A stretch of DNA of 64,000 nt from positions 11,545,477 through 11,609,476 of the forward strand of contig CM082593.2 of assembly GCA_040954595.2 (NCBI GenBank), written 5' to 3'. Positions 12,681 to 25,875 of the stretch are shown here, in pieces. Numbering within the stretch: the first letter of the stretch is position 1; each line of letters opens with the position of its first letter. The position numbers were made by a program, and so were the translations under genes. Below the pieces are notes generated by a model. It was not told where the DNA came from and made no database searches. It saw nothing but the letters and a program-made list of their open reading frames with translations. Origin of the DNA: Balanoglossus misakiensis. Its lineage: Eukaryota; Animalia; Hemichordata.

Positions 12681-15600
12681 TGGGAATTCAATGTTAGAAA
12701 ACCCGTGTGGAAAGTATCTCTACCCGTTTGAAACTAAGAAAAGAATTTATTCTTATTTATTTTGTAAAAAAGACAATTTTTCGAAAAAAAGTCGAAAATG
12801 GTAATTTTGTCTTGGGTGATTCAAATTATACCGCCTTTTCTGGAATTTGCAGCACTTTTTACAAGAGAACGACACTTCATGCTCCATAATATTTCCGAAA
12901 ATGAAGAAAAGAGTTAATTTTTTATGATTTTTTCAAAATTTACCATTTTTGTCAAAATATGGCCAAAATGGCTATTTTTTCTTGAATTCCGTCAATATCT
13001 CTGCATTTTTGGAGTGGTCGAAAGTTTTAACATACAATCAACATGTCATATATGATCAGGGCACCAAATTCGAAGAACAAAGGTTTTTTTCTTTTTTTTT
13101 CTTCTAAAAATGACATTTTCAAGGAAAATTTGGTAAAACGCAATTTTGTCTGCAGTGAGCCAAATTAGACGGTCTTTTGTGGAATTTGTATCGATATATA
13201 CATACGAAGAGCATTCTATACTCCATCAAATTTCCGAAAATGTAGAAAACAGGTATTTTTTGTAATTTTCAAAAATTTACCATTTTGACCAAATTGTGGC
13301 TAAAATTGTTATTTTCGTGTTGAATGCCGCCAGTGTCACTGCATTTAAAAGTCATAAAAACTTTAAACATACAAGCTATTGTTTATATATGATCAGGTCA
13401 CCGAATTAAAAAAAATAAAGAATGCTTTGCCTAAAAGTGACCTTTTTGGTGCAAAAACGAATAAAACGCAATTTTGTATTAAATTAGAGTGCATTTTTTA
13501 TAATCAGCACCATTTTTACATATAATGGAAATTTCATACATCATTAGATATCCAAATATGAAAAAATGATTTAGATTTTAGATGATTGTCCAAAATTAGC
13601 TGATAACAGATAAATGTAGTATTAAACCGTTCTGTTCCCCCCCCCCCCTACATTACATGCGGTACGCCGATGTCAGCTTACCCGGCAGTACTGCAGGCCG
13701 TGCCCCCAACTAACGTCGGTGTTTGAAGCGCCCTGGTTAAATTCGGGCTTTCTCTATAAATTGACAGGCAATAATGCAGTCCTACCAGAACAAATGTCGA
13801 GTGTTGACCCGCTGTGACTTTCCCTCTTCGGTTTGCCCGACTTAGCCAATGTCTTTGTACTAGAGTGTCGGGTCTTTTGCAGAGCCAGGCCGAAGGAAAT
13901 CCGACTTGATCACCGTTGCTAACGAACGCTAGTGTCTGTCATGGTGTGCCGGGGTTTTAGTCGAGCCAGGCCGTAGGAGATCTGACTTGATCATCGTGGT
14001 CAATGTACGCGTGTTTCCACTCTAAAGTGCCGGGGCTTCAGCTAAACCAGGCCGTAGGAAATCCGACGTAATCACCGTTGATAACTTACGCCAGTCTATG
14101 TCATATAGAGCCGGTGCACCAGCCGAGTCACGCCGTAGGAAATCTGACTTGATCAACGTGGTTAATGTACGCGTGTTTCTGCTCTAGAGTGCCGGGGCTT
14201 CAGCTGAGCCAGGCCGTAGAAAACCCATGCCGTAGAAAATCTGACTTGATCACCGTTGCTAACGTACGCTTGTGTCTGTCATATTTAGACGGAGATTTAG
14301 CCGAGTCAGGCCGTAGAAAAATCGACTTGTCCAACGTTACCAGTGTGCAACTGTTTCTGCTCTAGAGTGTCAGGGTTTTAGCCGACTTATGCTGTAGGAA
14401 ATCTGAGTTGATGAACGGGAATTCAATGTTAGAAAACCTGTGTGGAAAGTATCTCTACCCGTTTGAAACTAATAAAAGAATTTATTCTTATTTATTTTGT
14501 AAAAAAGACAATTTTTCGAAAAAAAGTCGAAAATGGTAATTTTGTCTTGGGTGATTCAAATTATACCACCTTTTCTGGAATTTGCAGCACTTTTTACAAG
14601 AGAACGACACTTCATGCTCCATAATATTTCCGAAAATGAAGAAAAGAGTTAAATTTTTATGATTTTTTAAAAATTTACCATTTTTGTCAAAATATGGCCA
14701 AAATGGCTATTTTTTCTTGAATTCCGTCAATATCTCTGCATTTTTGGAGTGGTCGAAAGTTTAAACATACAATCAACATGTCATTATGATCGGGGCACCA
14801 AATTCGAAGAACAAAGGTTTTTTTATTTTTTTTTTCTAAAAATGACATTTTCAAGGAAAATTTGGTAAAACGCAATTTTGTCTGCAGTGAGCCAAATTAG
14901 ACGGTCTTTTGTGGAATTTGTATCGATATATACATACGAAGAGCATTCTATACTCGATCAGATTCCCGAAAATGTAGAAAACAGGTATTTTTTGTAATTT
15001 TCAAAAATTTTCCATTTTGACCAAATTGTGCTAAAATTGTTATTTTCGTGTTGAATGCCGCCAGTGTCACTGCTTTTAAAAGTCATAAAAACTTTTAACA
15101 TACAAGCAATTCTTTATATATGATCAGGTCACCGAATTAAAAAAATAAAGAATGTTTTGCCTAAAAATGACCTTCTAGGTGCAAAAACGAATAAAACGTA
15201 ATTTTGTATTAAATCAGCTCATTCAGAGTGCATTTTTTATAATCAGCACCATTTTTACATATAATGGAAATTTCATACATCATCAGAAATCCAAATATGA
15301 AACAATGATTTGGATTTTAGATGATTGTCCAAAATTAGCTGATATCTAATAAATGTAGTATTGAACCGTTCTGTTTGCCCCCCCCCCCCCTACATTATAT
15401 GCGGTATGCCGATGTCAGCTTACCCGGCAGTACTGCAGGCCGTGCCCCCAACTAACGTCGGTGTTTGGAACGCCCTGGTTAAATTCGGGCTTTCTCTATA
15501 AATTGACAGGCAATAATGCAGTCCTACCCGAACAAATGTCGAGTGTTGACCCGCTGTGACTTACCCTCTTCGGTTTGCCCGACTTAGCCAACGTCTTTGT

Positions 15601-18600
15601 ACTAGAGTGTCGGGTCTTTTGCAGAGCCAGGCCGAAGGAAATCCGACTTGATCACCGTTGCTAACGAACGCTAGTGTCTGTCATGGTGTGCCGGGGTTTT
15701 AGTCGAGCCAGGCCGTAAGAGATCTGACTTGATCATCGTGGTCAATGTACGCGTGTTTCCGCTCTAAAGTGCCGGGGCTTCAGCTAAACCAGACCGTAGG
15801 AAATCCGACGTAATCACCGTTGATAACTTACGCCAGTCTGTGTCATATAGAGCCGGTGCACCAGCCGAGTCACGCCGTAGGAAATCTGACTTGATCAACG
15901 TGGTCAATGTACGCCTGTTTCTGCCCTAGAGTGCCGGGGCTTCAGCTGAGCCAGGCCGTAGGAAACCCGACGTGATTACCGTTGTTAACTTACGCCAGTC
16001 TGTGTCCTATATATAGTGCCGGGGCATCAGCCGTGCCAGGCCGAAGGAAATGTGAGTAGATCAACGTGGTCTCTGTACGCGTGTTTCTGCTCTAGAGTGC
16101 CGGGGCTTTATCCAAGCCATGCCGTAAAAAATCTGTCTTGATCACCGTTGCTAACGTACGCTAGTGTCTGTCATATTGTGACGGAGATTTAGCCGAGCCA
16201 GGCCGTAGAAAAATCGACTCGTTCAACGTTACCAGTGTGCAACTGTTTCTGCTCTAGAGTGTCAGGGTTTTAGCCGACTTATGCTGTAGGAAATCTGAGT
16301 TGATGAACGGGAATTCAATGTTAGAAAACCCGAGTGGAAAGTATCTCTACCCGTTTGAAACTAAGAAAAGAATTTATTCTTATTTATTTTGTAAAAAAGA
16401 CAATTTTTCCAAAAAAAGTCGAAAATGGTAATTTTGTCTTGGGTGATTCAAATTATACCACCTTTTCTGGAATTTGCAGCACTTTTTACAAGAGAACGAC
16501 ACTTCATGCTCCATAATATTTCCGAAAATGAAGAAAAGAGTTAAATTTTTATGATTTTTTAAAAATTTACCATTTTTGTCAAAATATGGCCAAAATGGCT
16601 ATTTTTTCTTGAATTCCGTCAATATCTCTGCATTTTTGGAGTGGTCAAAAGTTTTAACATACAATCAACATGTCATATATGATCAGGGCACCAAATTCGA
16701 AGAACAAAGGTTTTTTTTTTTTTTTTTTTCTAAAAATGACATTTTCAAGAAAAATTTGGTAAAACGCAATTTTGTCTGCAGTGAGCCAAATTAGACGGTC
16801 TTTTGTGGAATTTGTATCGATATATACATACGAAGAGCATTCTATACTCCATCAGATTTCCGAAAATGTAGAAAACAGGTATTTTTTGTAATTTTCAAAA
16901 ATTTACCATTTTGACCAAATTGTGGCTAAAATTGTTATTTTCGTGTTGAATGCCGCCAGTGTCACTGCTTTTAAAAGTCATAAAAACTTTAAACATACAA
17001 GCAATTGTTTATATATGATCAGGTCACCGAATTAAAAAAATAAAGAATGCTTTGCCTAAAAATGACCTTTTTGGTGCAAAAACGAATAAAACGCAATTTT
17101 GTATTAAATTAGAGTGCATTTTTTATAATCAGCACCATTTGTACATATAATGGAAATTTCATACATCATCAGATATCCAAATATGAAAAAATGATTTAGA
17201 TTTTAGATGATTGTCCAAAATTAGCTGATAACAGATAAATGTAGTATTAAACCGTTCTGTCCCCCCCCCCCTACATTACATGCGGTACGCCGATGTCAGC
17301 TTACCCGGCAGTACTGCAGGCCGTGCCCCCAACTAACGTCGGTGTTTGAAACGCCCTGGTTAAATTCGAGCTTTCTCTATAAATTGACAGGCAATAATGC
17401 AGTCCTACCCGAACAAATGTCGAGTGTTGACCCGCTGTGACTTTCCCTCTTCGGGTTGCCCGACTTAGCCAACGTCTTTGTACTAGAGTGTCGGGTCTTT
17501 TGCAGAGCCAGGCCGAAGGAAATCCGACTTGATCACCGTTGCTAACGAACGCTAGTGTCTGTCATGGTGTGCCGGGGTTTTAGTCGAGCCAGGCCGTAGG
17601 AGATCTGACTTGATCATCGTGGTCAATGTACGCGTGTTTCCGCTCTAAAGTGCCGGGGCTTCAGCTAAACCAGGCCGTAGGAAATCCGACGTAATCACCG
17701 TTGATAACTTACGCCAGTCTGTGTCATATAGAGCCGGTGCACCAGCCGAGTCACGCCGTAGGAAATCTGACTTGATCAACGTGGTCAATGTATGCCTGTT
17801 TCTGCTCTAGAGTGTCGGGGCTTCAGCTGAGCCAGGCCGTAGGAAACCCGACGTGATTACCGTTGTTAACTTACGCCAGTCTGTGTCCTATATATAGTGC
17901 CGGGGCATCAGCCGTGCCAGGCCGAAGGAAATGTGAGTAGATCAACGTGGTCTCTGTACGCGTGTTTCTGCTCTATAGTGCCAGGGCTTTAGCCAAGCCA
18001 TGCCGTAGGAAATCTGACTTGATCAACGTTGCTTACTAACGCTAGTGTGTGTCATAGTGTGCCGGGGTTTTAGTCGAGCCAAGCCGTAGGAGATCAGACT
18101 TGATCAACGTGCTCTCTGTACGCGTGTTTCTGCTTTAGAGTGCCGGGGCTTTATCCAAGCCATGCCGTAGAAAATCTGACTTCATCACCGTTGCTAACGT
18201 ACGCTAGTGTCTGTCATATTGTGACGGAGATTTAGCCGAGCCAGGCCGTAGAAAAATCGACTTGTTCAACGTTACCAGTGTGCAACTGTTTCTGCTCTAG
18301 AGTGTCAGGGTTTTAGCCGACTTATGCTGTAGGAAACCTGAGTTGATGAACGGGAATTCAATGTTAGAAAACCCGTGTGGAAAGTATCTCTACCCGTTTG
18401 AAACTAAGAAAAGAATTTATTCTTATTTATTTTGTAAAAAAGACAATTTTTCGAAAAAAAAGTCGAAAATGGTAATTTTGTCTTGGGTGATTCAAATTAT
18501 ACCGCCTTTTCTTGAATTTGCAGCACTTTTTACAAGAGAACGACACTTCATGCTCCATAATATTTCCGAAAATGAAGAAAAGAGTTAATTTTTTATGATT

Positions 18601-21600
18601 TTTTAAAAATTTACCATTTTTGTCAAAATATGGCCAAAATTGCTATTTTTTCTTGAATTCCGTCAATATCTCTGCTTTTTTGGAGTGGTCGAAAGTTTTA
18701 ACATACAATCAACATGTCATATATGATCAGGGCACCAAATTCGAAGAACAAAGGTTTTTTTATTTTTTTTTTCTTCTAAAAATGACATTTTCAAGGAAAA
18801 TTTGGTAAAACGCAATTTTGTCTGCAGTGAGCCAAATTAGACGGTCTTTTGTGGAATTTGTATCGATATATACATACGAAGAGCATTCTATACTCCATCA
18901 GATTTCCGAAAATGTAGAAAACAAGTATTTTTTGTAATTTTCAAAAATTTACCATTTTGACCAAATTGTGGCTAAAATTGTTATTTTCGTGTTGAATGCC
19001 GCCAGTGTCACTGCTTTTAAAAGTCATAAAAACTTTTAACATACAAGCAATAGTTTATATATGATCAGGTCATCGAATTAATAAAATAAAGAATGTTTTG
19101 CCTAAAAATGACCTTTTTGGTGCAAAAACGAATAAAACGTAATTTTGTATTAAATAAGAGTGCATTTTTTATAATCAGCACCATTTTTACATATAATGGA
19201 AATTTCATACATCATCATATATCCAAATATGAAAAAAAAATGATTTAGATTTTAGATGATTGTCCAAAATTAGCTGATATCTAATAAATGTAGTATTGAA
19301 CCGTTCTGTCCCCCCCCCCACCTACATTATATGCGGTACGCCGATGTCAGCTTACCCGGCAGTACTGCAGGCCGTGCCCCCTACTAACGTCGGTGTTTGA
19401 AACGCCCTGGTTAAATTCGGGCTTTCTCTATAAATTGACAGGCAATAATGCAGTCCTACCCGAACAAATGTCGAGTGTTGACCCGCTGTGACTTTCCCTC
19501 TTCGGTTTGCCCGACTTAGCCAACGTCTTTGTACTAGAGTGTCGTGTCTTTTGCAGAGCCAGGCCGAAGGAAATCCGACTTGATCACTGTTGCTAACGAA
19601 CGCTAGTGTCTGTCATGGTGTGCCGGGGTTTTAGTCGAGCCAGGCCGTTGGAGATCTGACTTGATCATCGTGGTCAATGTACGCGTGTTTCCGCTCTAAA
19701 GTGCCGGGGCTTCAGCTAAACCAGGCCGTAGGAAATCCGACGTAATCACCGTTGATAACTTACGCCAGTCTGTGTCATATAGAGCCGGTGCACCAGCCGA
19801 GTCACGCCGTAGGAAATCTGACTTGATCAACGTGGTCAATGTACGCCTGTTTCTGCTCTAGAGTGCCGGGGCTTCAGCTGAGCCAGGCCGTAGGAAACCC
19901 GACGTGATTACCGTTGTTAACTTACGCCAGTCTGTGTCCTATATATAGCGCCGGGGCATCAGCCGTGCCAGGCCGAAGGAAATGTAAGTAAATCAACGTG
20001 GTCTCTGTACACGTGTTTCTGCTCTAGAGTGCCAGGGCTTTAGCCAAGCCATGCCGTGGGAAATCTGACTTGATCAACGTTGCTAACGAACGCTAGTGTC
20101 TGTCATAGTGTGCCGGGGTTTTAGTCGAGCCAAGCCGTAGGAGATCAGACTTGATCAACGTGGTCTCTGTACGCGTGTTTCTGCTCTAGAGTGCCGGGGC
20201 TTTATCCAAGCCATGCCGTAGAAAATCTGACTTGATCACCGTTGCTAACGTACGCTAGTGTCTGTCATATTGTGACGGAGATTTAGCCGAGCCAGGCCGT
20301 AGAAAAATCGACTTATTCAACGTTACCAGTGTGCAACTGTTTCTGCTCTAGAGTGTCAGGGTTTTCGCCGACTTATGCTGTAAGAAATCTGAGTTGATGA
20401 ACGGGAATCCAATGTTAGAAAACCCGTGTGGAAAGTATCTCTACCCGTTTGAAACTAAGAAAAGAATTTATTCTTATTTTTTTTGTAAAAAAGACAATTT
20501 TTCGAAAAAAAGTCGAAAATGGTAAATTTGTCTTGGGTGATTCAAATTATACCGCCTTTTCTGGAATTTGCAGCACTTTTTACAAGAGAACGACACTTCA
20601 TGCTCCATAATATTTCCGAAAATGAAGAAAAGAGTTAATTTTTTATGATTTTTTAAAAAATTACCATTTTTGTCAAAATATGGCCAAAATGGCTATTTTT
20701 TCTTGAATTCCGTCAATGTCTCTGCATTTTTGGAGTGGTCGAAAGTCTTAGCATACAATCAACATGTCATATATGATCAGGGCACCAAATTCGAAGAACA
20801 AAGGTTTTTTTAGTTTTTTTTCTAAAAATGACATTTTCAAGGAAAATTTGGTAAAACGCAATTTTGTCTGCCTTGACCCAAATTAGATAGTCTTTTGTGG
20901 AATTTGTATATATATATACATAAGAAGAGCATTCTATACTCCATCAGATTTCCGAAAATGTACAAAACATGTATTTTTTGTAATTTTCAAAAATTTACCA
21001 TTTTGACCAAATTGTGGCTAAAATTGTTATTTTCGTGTTGAATGCCGCCAGTGTCACTGCTTTTAAAAGTCATAAAAACTTTAAACATACAAGCTATTGT
21101 TTATATATGATCAGGTCACCGAATTAAAAAAAATAAAGAATGCTTTGCCTAAAAGTGACCTTTTTGGTGCAAAAACGAATAAAACGCTATTTTCTATTAA
21201 ATCAGCTCATTCAGAGTGCATTTTTTATAATCAGCACCATTTTTACATATAATGGAAATTTCATACATCATCAGATATCCAAATATGAAAAAATGATTTA
21301 GATTTTAGATGATTGTCCAAAATTAGCTGATATCTAATAAATGTAGTATTGAACCGTTCTGTCCCCCCCCCCCCTACATTATATGCGGTACGCCGATGTC
21401 AGCTTACCCGGCAGTACTGCAGGCCGTGCCCCCAACTAACGTCGGTGTTTGAAACGCCCTGGTTAAATTCGGGCTTTCTCTATAAATTGACAGGCAATAA
21501 TGCAGTCCTACCCTAACAAATGTCGAGTGTTGACCCGCTGTGACTTTCCCTTTTCGGTTTGCCCGACTTAGCCAACGTCTTTGTACTAGTGTCGGGTCTT

Positions 21601-24600
21601 TTGCAGAGCCAGGCCGAAGGAAATCCGACTTGATCACCGTTGCTAACGAACGCTAGTGTCTGTCATGGTGTGCCGGGGTTTTAGTCGAGCCAGGCCGTAG
21701 GAGATCTGACTTGATCATCGTGGTCAATGTACGCGTGTTTCCGCTCTAAAGCGCCAGGGCTTCAGCTAAACCAGGCCGTAGGAAATCCGGCGTAATCACC
21801 GTTGATAACTTACGCCAGTCTGTGTCATATAGAGCCGGTGCACCAGCCGAGTCACGCCGTAGGAAATCTGACTTGATCAACGTGGTCAATGTACGCCTGT
21901 TTCTGCTCTAGAGTGCCGGGGCTTCAGCTGAGCCAGGCCGTAGGAAACCCGACGTGATTACCGTTGTTAACTTACGCCAGTCTGTGTCCTATATATAGTG
22001 CCGGGGCATCAACCGTGCCAGGCCGAAGGAAATGTGAGTAGATCAACGTGGTCTCTGTACGCGTGTTTCTGCTCTAGAGTGCCAGGGCTTTAGCCAAGCC
22101 ATGCCGTAGGAAATTTGACTTAATCAACGTTGCTAACGAACGCTAGTGTCTGCTATAGTGTGCCGGGGTTTTAGTCGAGCCAAGCCGTAGGAGATCAAAC
22201 TTGATTAACGTGGTCTCTGTACGCTTGTTTCTGCTCTAGAGTGCCGGGGCTTTATCCAAGCCATGCCGTAGGAAATCTGACATGATCAACGTTGCTAACG
22301 TACGCTAGTGTCTGTCATATTGTGACGGAGATTTAGCCGAGCCAGGCCGTAGAAAAATCGACTTGTTCAACGTTACCAGTGTGCAACTGTTTCTGCTCTA
22401 GAGTGTCAGGGTTTTTGCCGACTTATGCTGTATGAAATCTGAGTTGATGAACGGGAATTCAATGTTAGAAAACCCGTGTGGAAAGTATCTCTACCCGTTT
22501 GAAACTAAGAAAAGAATTTATTCTTATTTATTTTGTAAAAAAGACAATTTTTCGAAAAAAAAGTCGAAAATGGTAATTTTGTCTTGGGTGATTCAAATTA
22601 TACCGCCTTTTCTGGAATTTGCAGCACTTTTTACAAGAGAACGACACTTCATGCTCCATAATATTTCCGAAAATGAAGAAAAGAGTTTATTTTTTATGAT
22701 TTTTTAAAAATTTACCATTTTTGACAAAATATGGCCAAAATGGCTATTTTTTCTTGAATTCCGTCAATATCTCTGCATTTTTGGAGTGGTCGAAAGTTTT
22801 AACATACAATCAACATGTCATATATGATCAGGGCACCAAATTCGAAGAACAAAGGTTTTTTTATTTTTTTTTCTAAAAATGACATTTTCAAGGAAAATTT
22901 GGTAAAACGCAATTTTGTCTGCAGTGAGCAAATTAGACGGTCTTTTGTTGAATTTGTATCGATATATACATACGAAGAGCATTCTATACTCCATCAGATT
23001 TCCGAAAATGTAGAAAACAGGTATTTTTTGTAATTTTCAAAAATTTACCATTTTGACCAAATTATGGCTAAAATTGTTATTTTCGTGTTGAATGCCGCCA
23101 GTGTCACTGCTTTTAAAAGTCATAAAAACTTTAAACATACAAGCAATTTTTTATATATGATCAGGTCGCCGAATTAAAAAAAATAAAGAATGTTTTGCCT
23201 AAAAATGACCTTTTTGGTGCAAAAACGAATAAAACGCAATTTTGTATTAAATCAGCTCATTCAGAGTGCATTTTTATAATCAGCACCATTTTTACATATA
23301 ATGGAAATTTCATACATCATCAGATATCCAAATATGAAAAAATGATTTAGATATTAGATGATTGTCCAAAATTAGCTGATATCTAATAAATGTAGTATTG
23401 AACCATTCTGTTCCCCCCCCCCTACATTATATGCGGTACGCCGATGTCAGCTTACGCGGCAGTACTGCAGGCTGTGCCCCCAACTAACGTCGGTGTTTGA
23501 AACGCCCTGGTTCAATTCGGGCTTTCTCTATAAATTGACAGGCAATAATGCAGTACTACCCGAACAAATGTCGAGTGTTGACCCGCTGTGACTTTCCCTC
23601 TTCGGTTTGCCCGACTTAGCCAACGTCTTTGTACTAGAGTGTCGGGTCTTTTGCAGAGCCAGGCCGAAGGAAATCCGACTTGATCACCGTTGCTAACGAA
23701 CGCTAGTGTCTGTCATGGTGTGCCGGGGTTTTAGTCGAGCCAGGCCGTTGGAGATCTGACTTGATCATCGTGGTCAATGTACGCGTGTTTCCGCTCTAAA
23801 GTGCCGGGGCTTCAGCTAAACCAGGCCGTAGGAAATCCGACGTAATCACCGTTGATAACTTACGCCAGTCTGTGTCATATAGAGCCGGTGCACCAGCCGA
23901 GTCACGCCGTAGGAAATCTGACTTGATCAACTTGGTCAATGTACGCCTGTTTCTGCTCTAGAGTGCCAGGGCTTTAGCCAAGCCATGCCGTAGGAAATCT
24001 GACATGATCAACGTTGCTAACGTACGCTAGCGTCTGTCATATTGTGACGGAGATTTAGCCGAGCCAGGCCGTAGAAAAATCGACTTGTTCAACGTTACCA
24101 GTGTGCAACTGTTTCTGCTCTAGAGTGTCAGGGTTTTAGCCGACTTATGCTGTATGAAATCTGAGTTTATGAACGGGAATTCAATGTTAGAAAACCTGTG
24201 TGGAAAGTATCTCCACCCGTTTTAAACTAAGAAAAGAATTTATTCTTATTTATTTTGTAAAAAAGACAATTTTTCGAAAAAAAGTCGAAAATGGTAATTT
24301 TGTCTTGGGTGATTCAAATTATACCGCCTTTTCTGGAATTTGCAGCACTTTTTACAAGAGAACGACACTTCATGCTCCATAATATTTCCTAAAATGAAGA
24401 AAAGAGTTAATTTTTTATGATTTTTTACAAAATTACCATTTTTGTCAAAATATGGCCAAAATGGCTATTTTTTCTTGAATTCCGTCAATATCTCTGCATT
24501 TTTGGAGTGGTCGAGAGTTTTAACATACAATCAACATGTCATATATGATCAGGGCACCAAATTCGAAGAACAAAGGTTTTTGTATTTTTTTTCTAAAAAT

Positions 24601-25848
24601 GACATTTTCAAGGACAATTTGGTAAAAGGCAATTTTGTCTGCAGTGAGCCAAATTAGACGGTCTTTTGTGGAATTTGTATCGATATATACATACGACGAG
24701 CATTCTATACTCCATCAGATTTCCGAAAATGTAGAAAACAGGTATTTTTTTGTAATTTTCAAAAATTTACCATTTTGACCAAATTGTGGCTAAAATTGTT
24801 ATTTTCGTGTTGAATGCCGCCAGTGTCACTGCTTTTAAAAGTCATAAAAACTGTTAACATACAAGCAATTCTTTATATATGATCAGGTCACCGAATTAAA
24901 AAAATAAAGAATGTTTTGCCTAAAAATGACCTTTTAGGTGCAAAAACGAATAAAACGTAATTTTGTATTAAATCAGCTCATTCAGATTGCATTTTATATA
25001 ATCAGCACCATTTTTACATATAATGGAAATTTCATACATCATCAGATATCCAAATATGAAAAAATGATTTAGATTTTAGATGATTGTCCAAAATTAGCTG
25101 ATATCTAATAAATGTAGTATTGAACCGTTCTGTTCCCCCCCCCTACATTATATGCGGTACGCCGATGTCAGCTTACCCGGCAGTACTGCAGGCCGTGCCC
25201 CCAACTAACGTCGGTGTTTGAAACGCCCTGGTTAAATTCGGGCTTTCTCTATAAATTGACAGGCAATAATGCAGTCCTACCCGAACAAATGTCGAGTGTT
25301 GACCCGCTGTGACTTTCCCTCTTCGGTTTGCCCGACTTAGCCAACGTCTTTGTACTAGAGTGTCGGGTCTTTTGCAGAGCCAGGCCGAAGGAAATCCGAC
25401 TTGATCAACGTTGCTAACGAACGCTAGTGTCTGTCATAGTGTGCCGGGGTTTTAGTCGAGCCAAGCCGTAGGAGATCTGACTTGATCATCGTGGTCAATG
25501 TACGCGTGTTTCCGCTCTAAAGTGCCGGGGCTTCAGCTATCGGAGATGCTAAAAACTCTGACCATGAGTCATTTTGAGGATCACAGCTCGGATACTTTGA
25601 GCCAATCAGAGCTGAGTATTTTAGCCCAATCAGAGGCCTAGTTAATCACCCAATGACATCTTTCCCGCCAAAACAAAATTTGCTACTTTTTTGGCTGGCG
25701 TTTTGTGCTCGTGAAATCACTTCTTGAGTGTCCTTCAATAAAAGCTGTTTAAAGGTTGTACAGCTGCGTCCCGCTCCTGTAATTTCCCCTGCCATCCCCC
25801 AGAACCTTGTTCATAAATCCACCCCAGACGTAAAGTACGTCACATTTT

Positions 25849-25866
25849 TGGTGCCGAGACCAGGAT
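25849..25866 (+). promoter_or_regulatory. Primer-binding site, tRNA-His-like
   Basis: TGGTGCCGAGACCAGGAT lies 4 nt after the 5' LTR. It has one mismatch to the complement of the recalled invertebrate tRNA-His 3' end (TGGTGCCGTGACCAGGAT). Confidence 0.75.
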
Positions 25867-25875
25867 TTTCCGGTA

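Noticed and set aside
12707-12889. Recurrent 60-90 aa ORFs in the AT block (MESISTR..., MSKYGQ...)
   Set aside because: They have non-ATG starts and their frames shift with homopolymer length between units. Recurrence only reflects the repeat.
15265-15300. Hammerhead ribozyme core on the minus strand (CTGATGA-TGTAT-GAAA)
   Set aside because: There is no stem II and no suitable stem III or cleavage triplet. The motif is a diverged copy of the ~330-bp repeat head.
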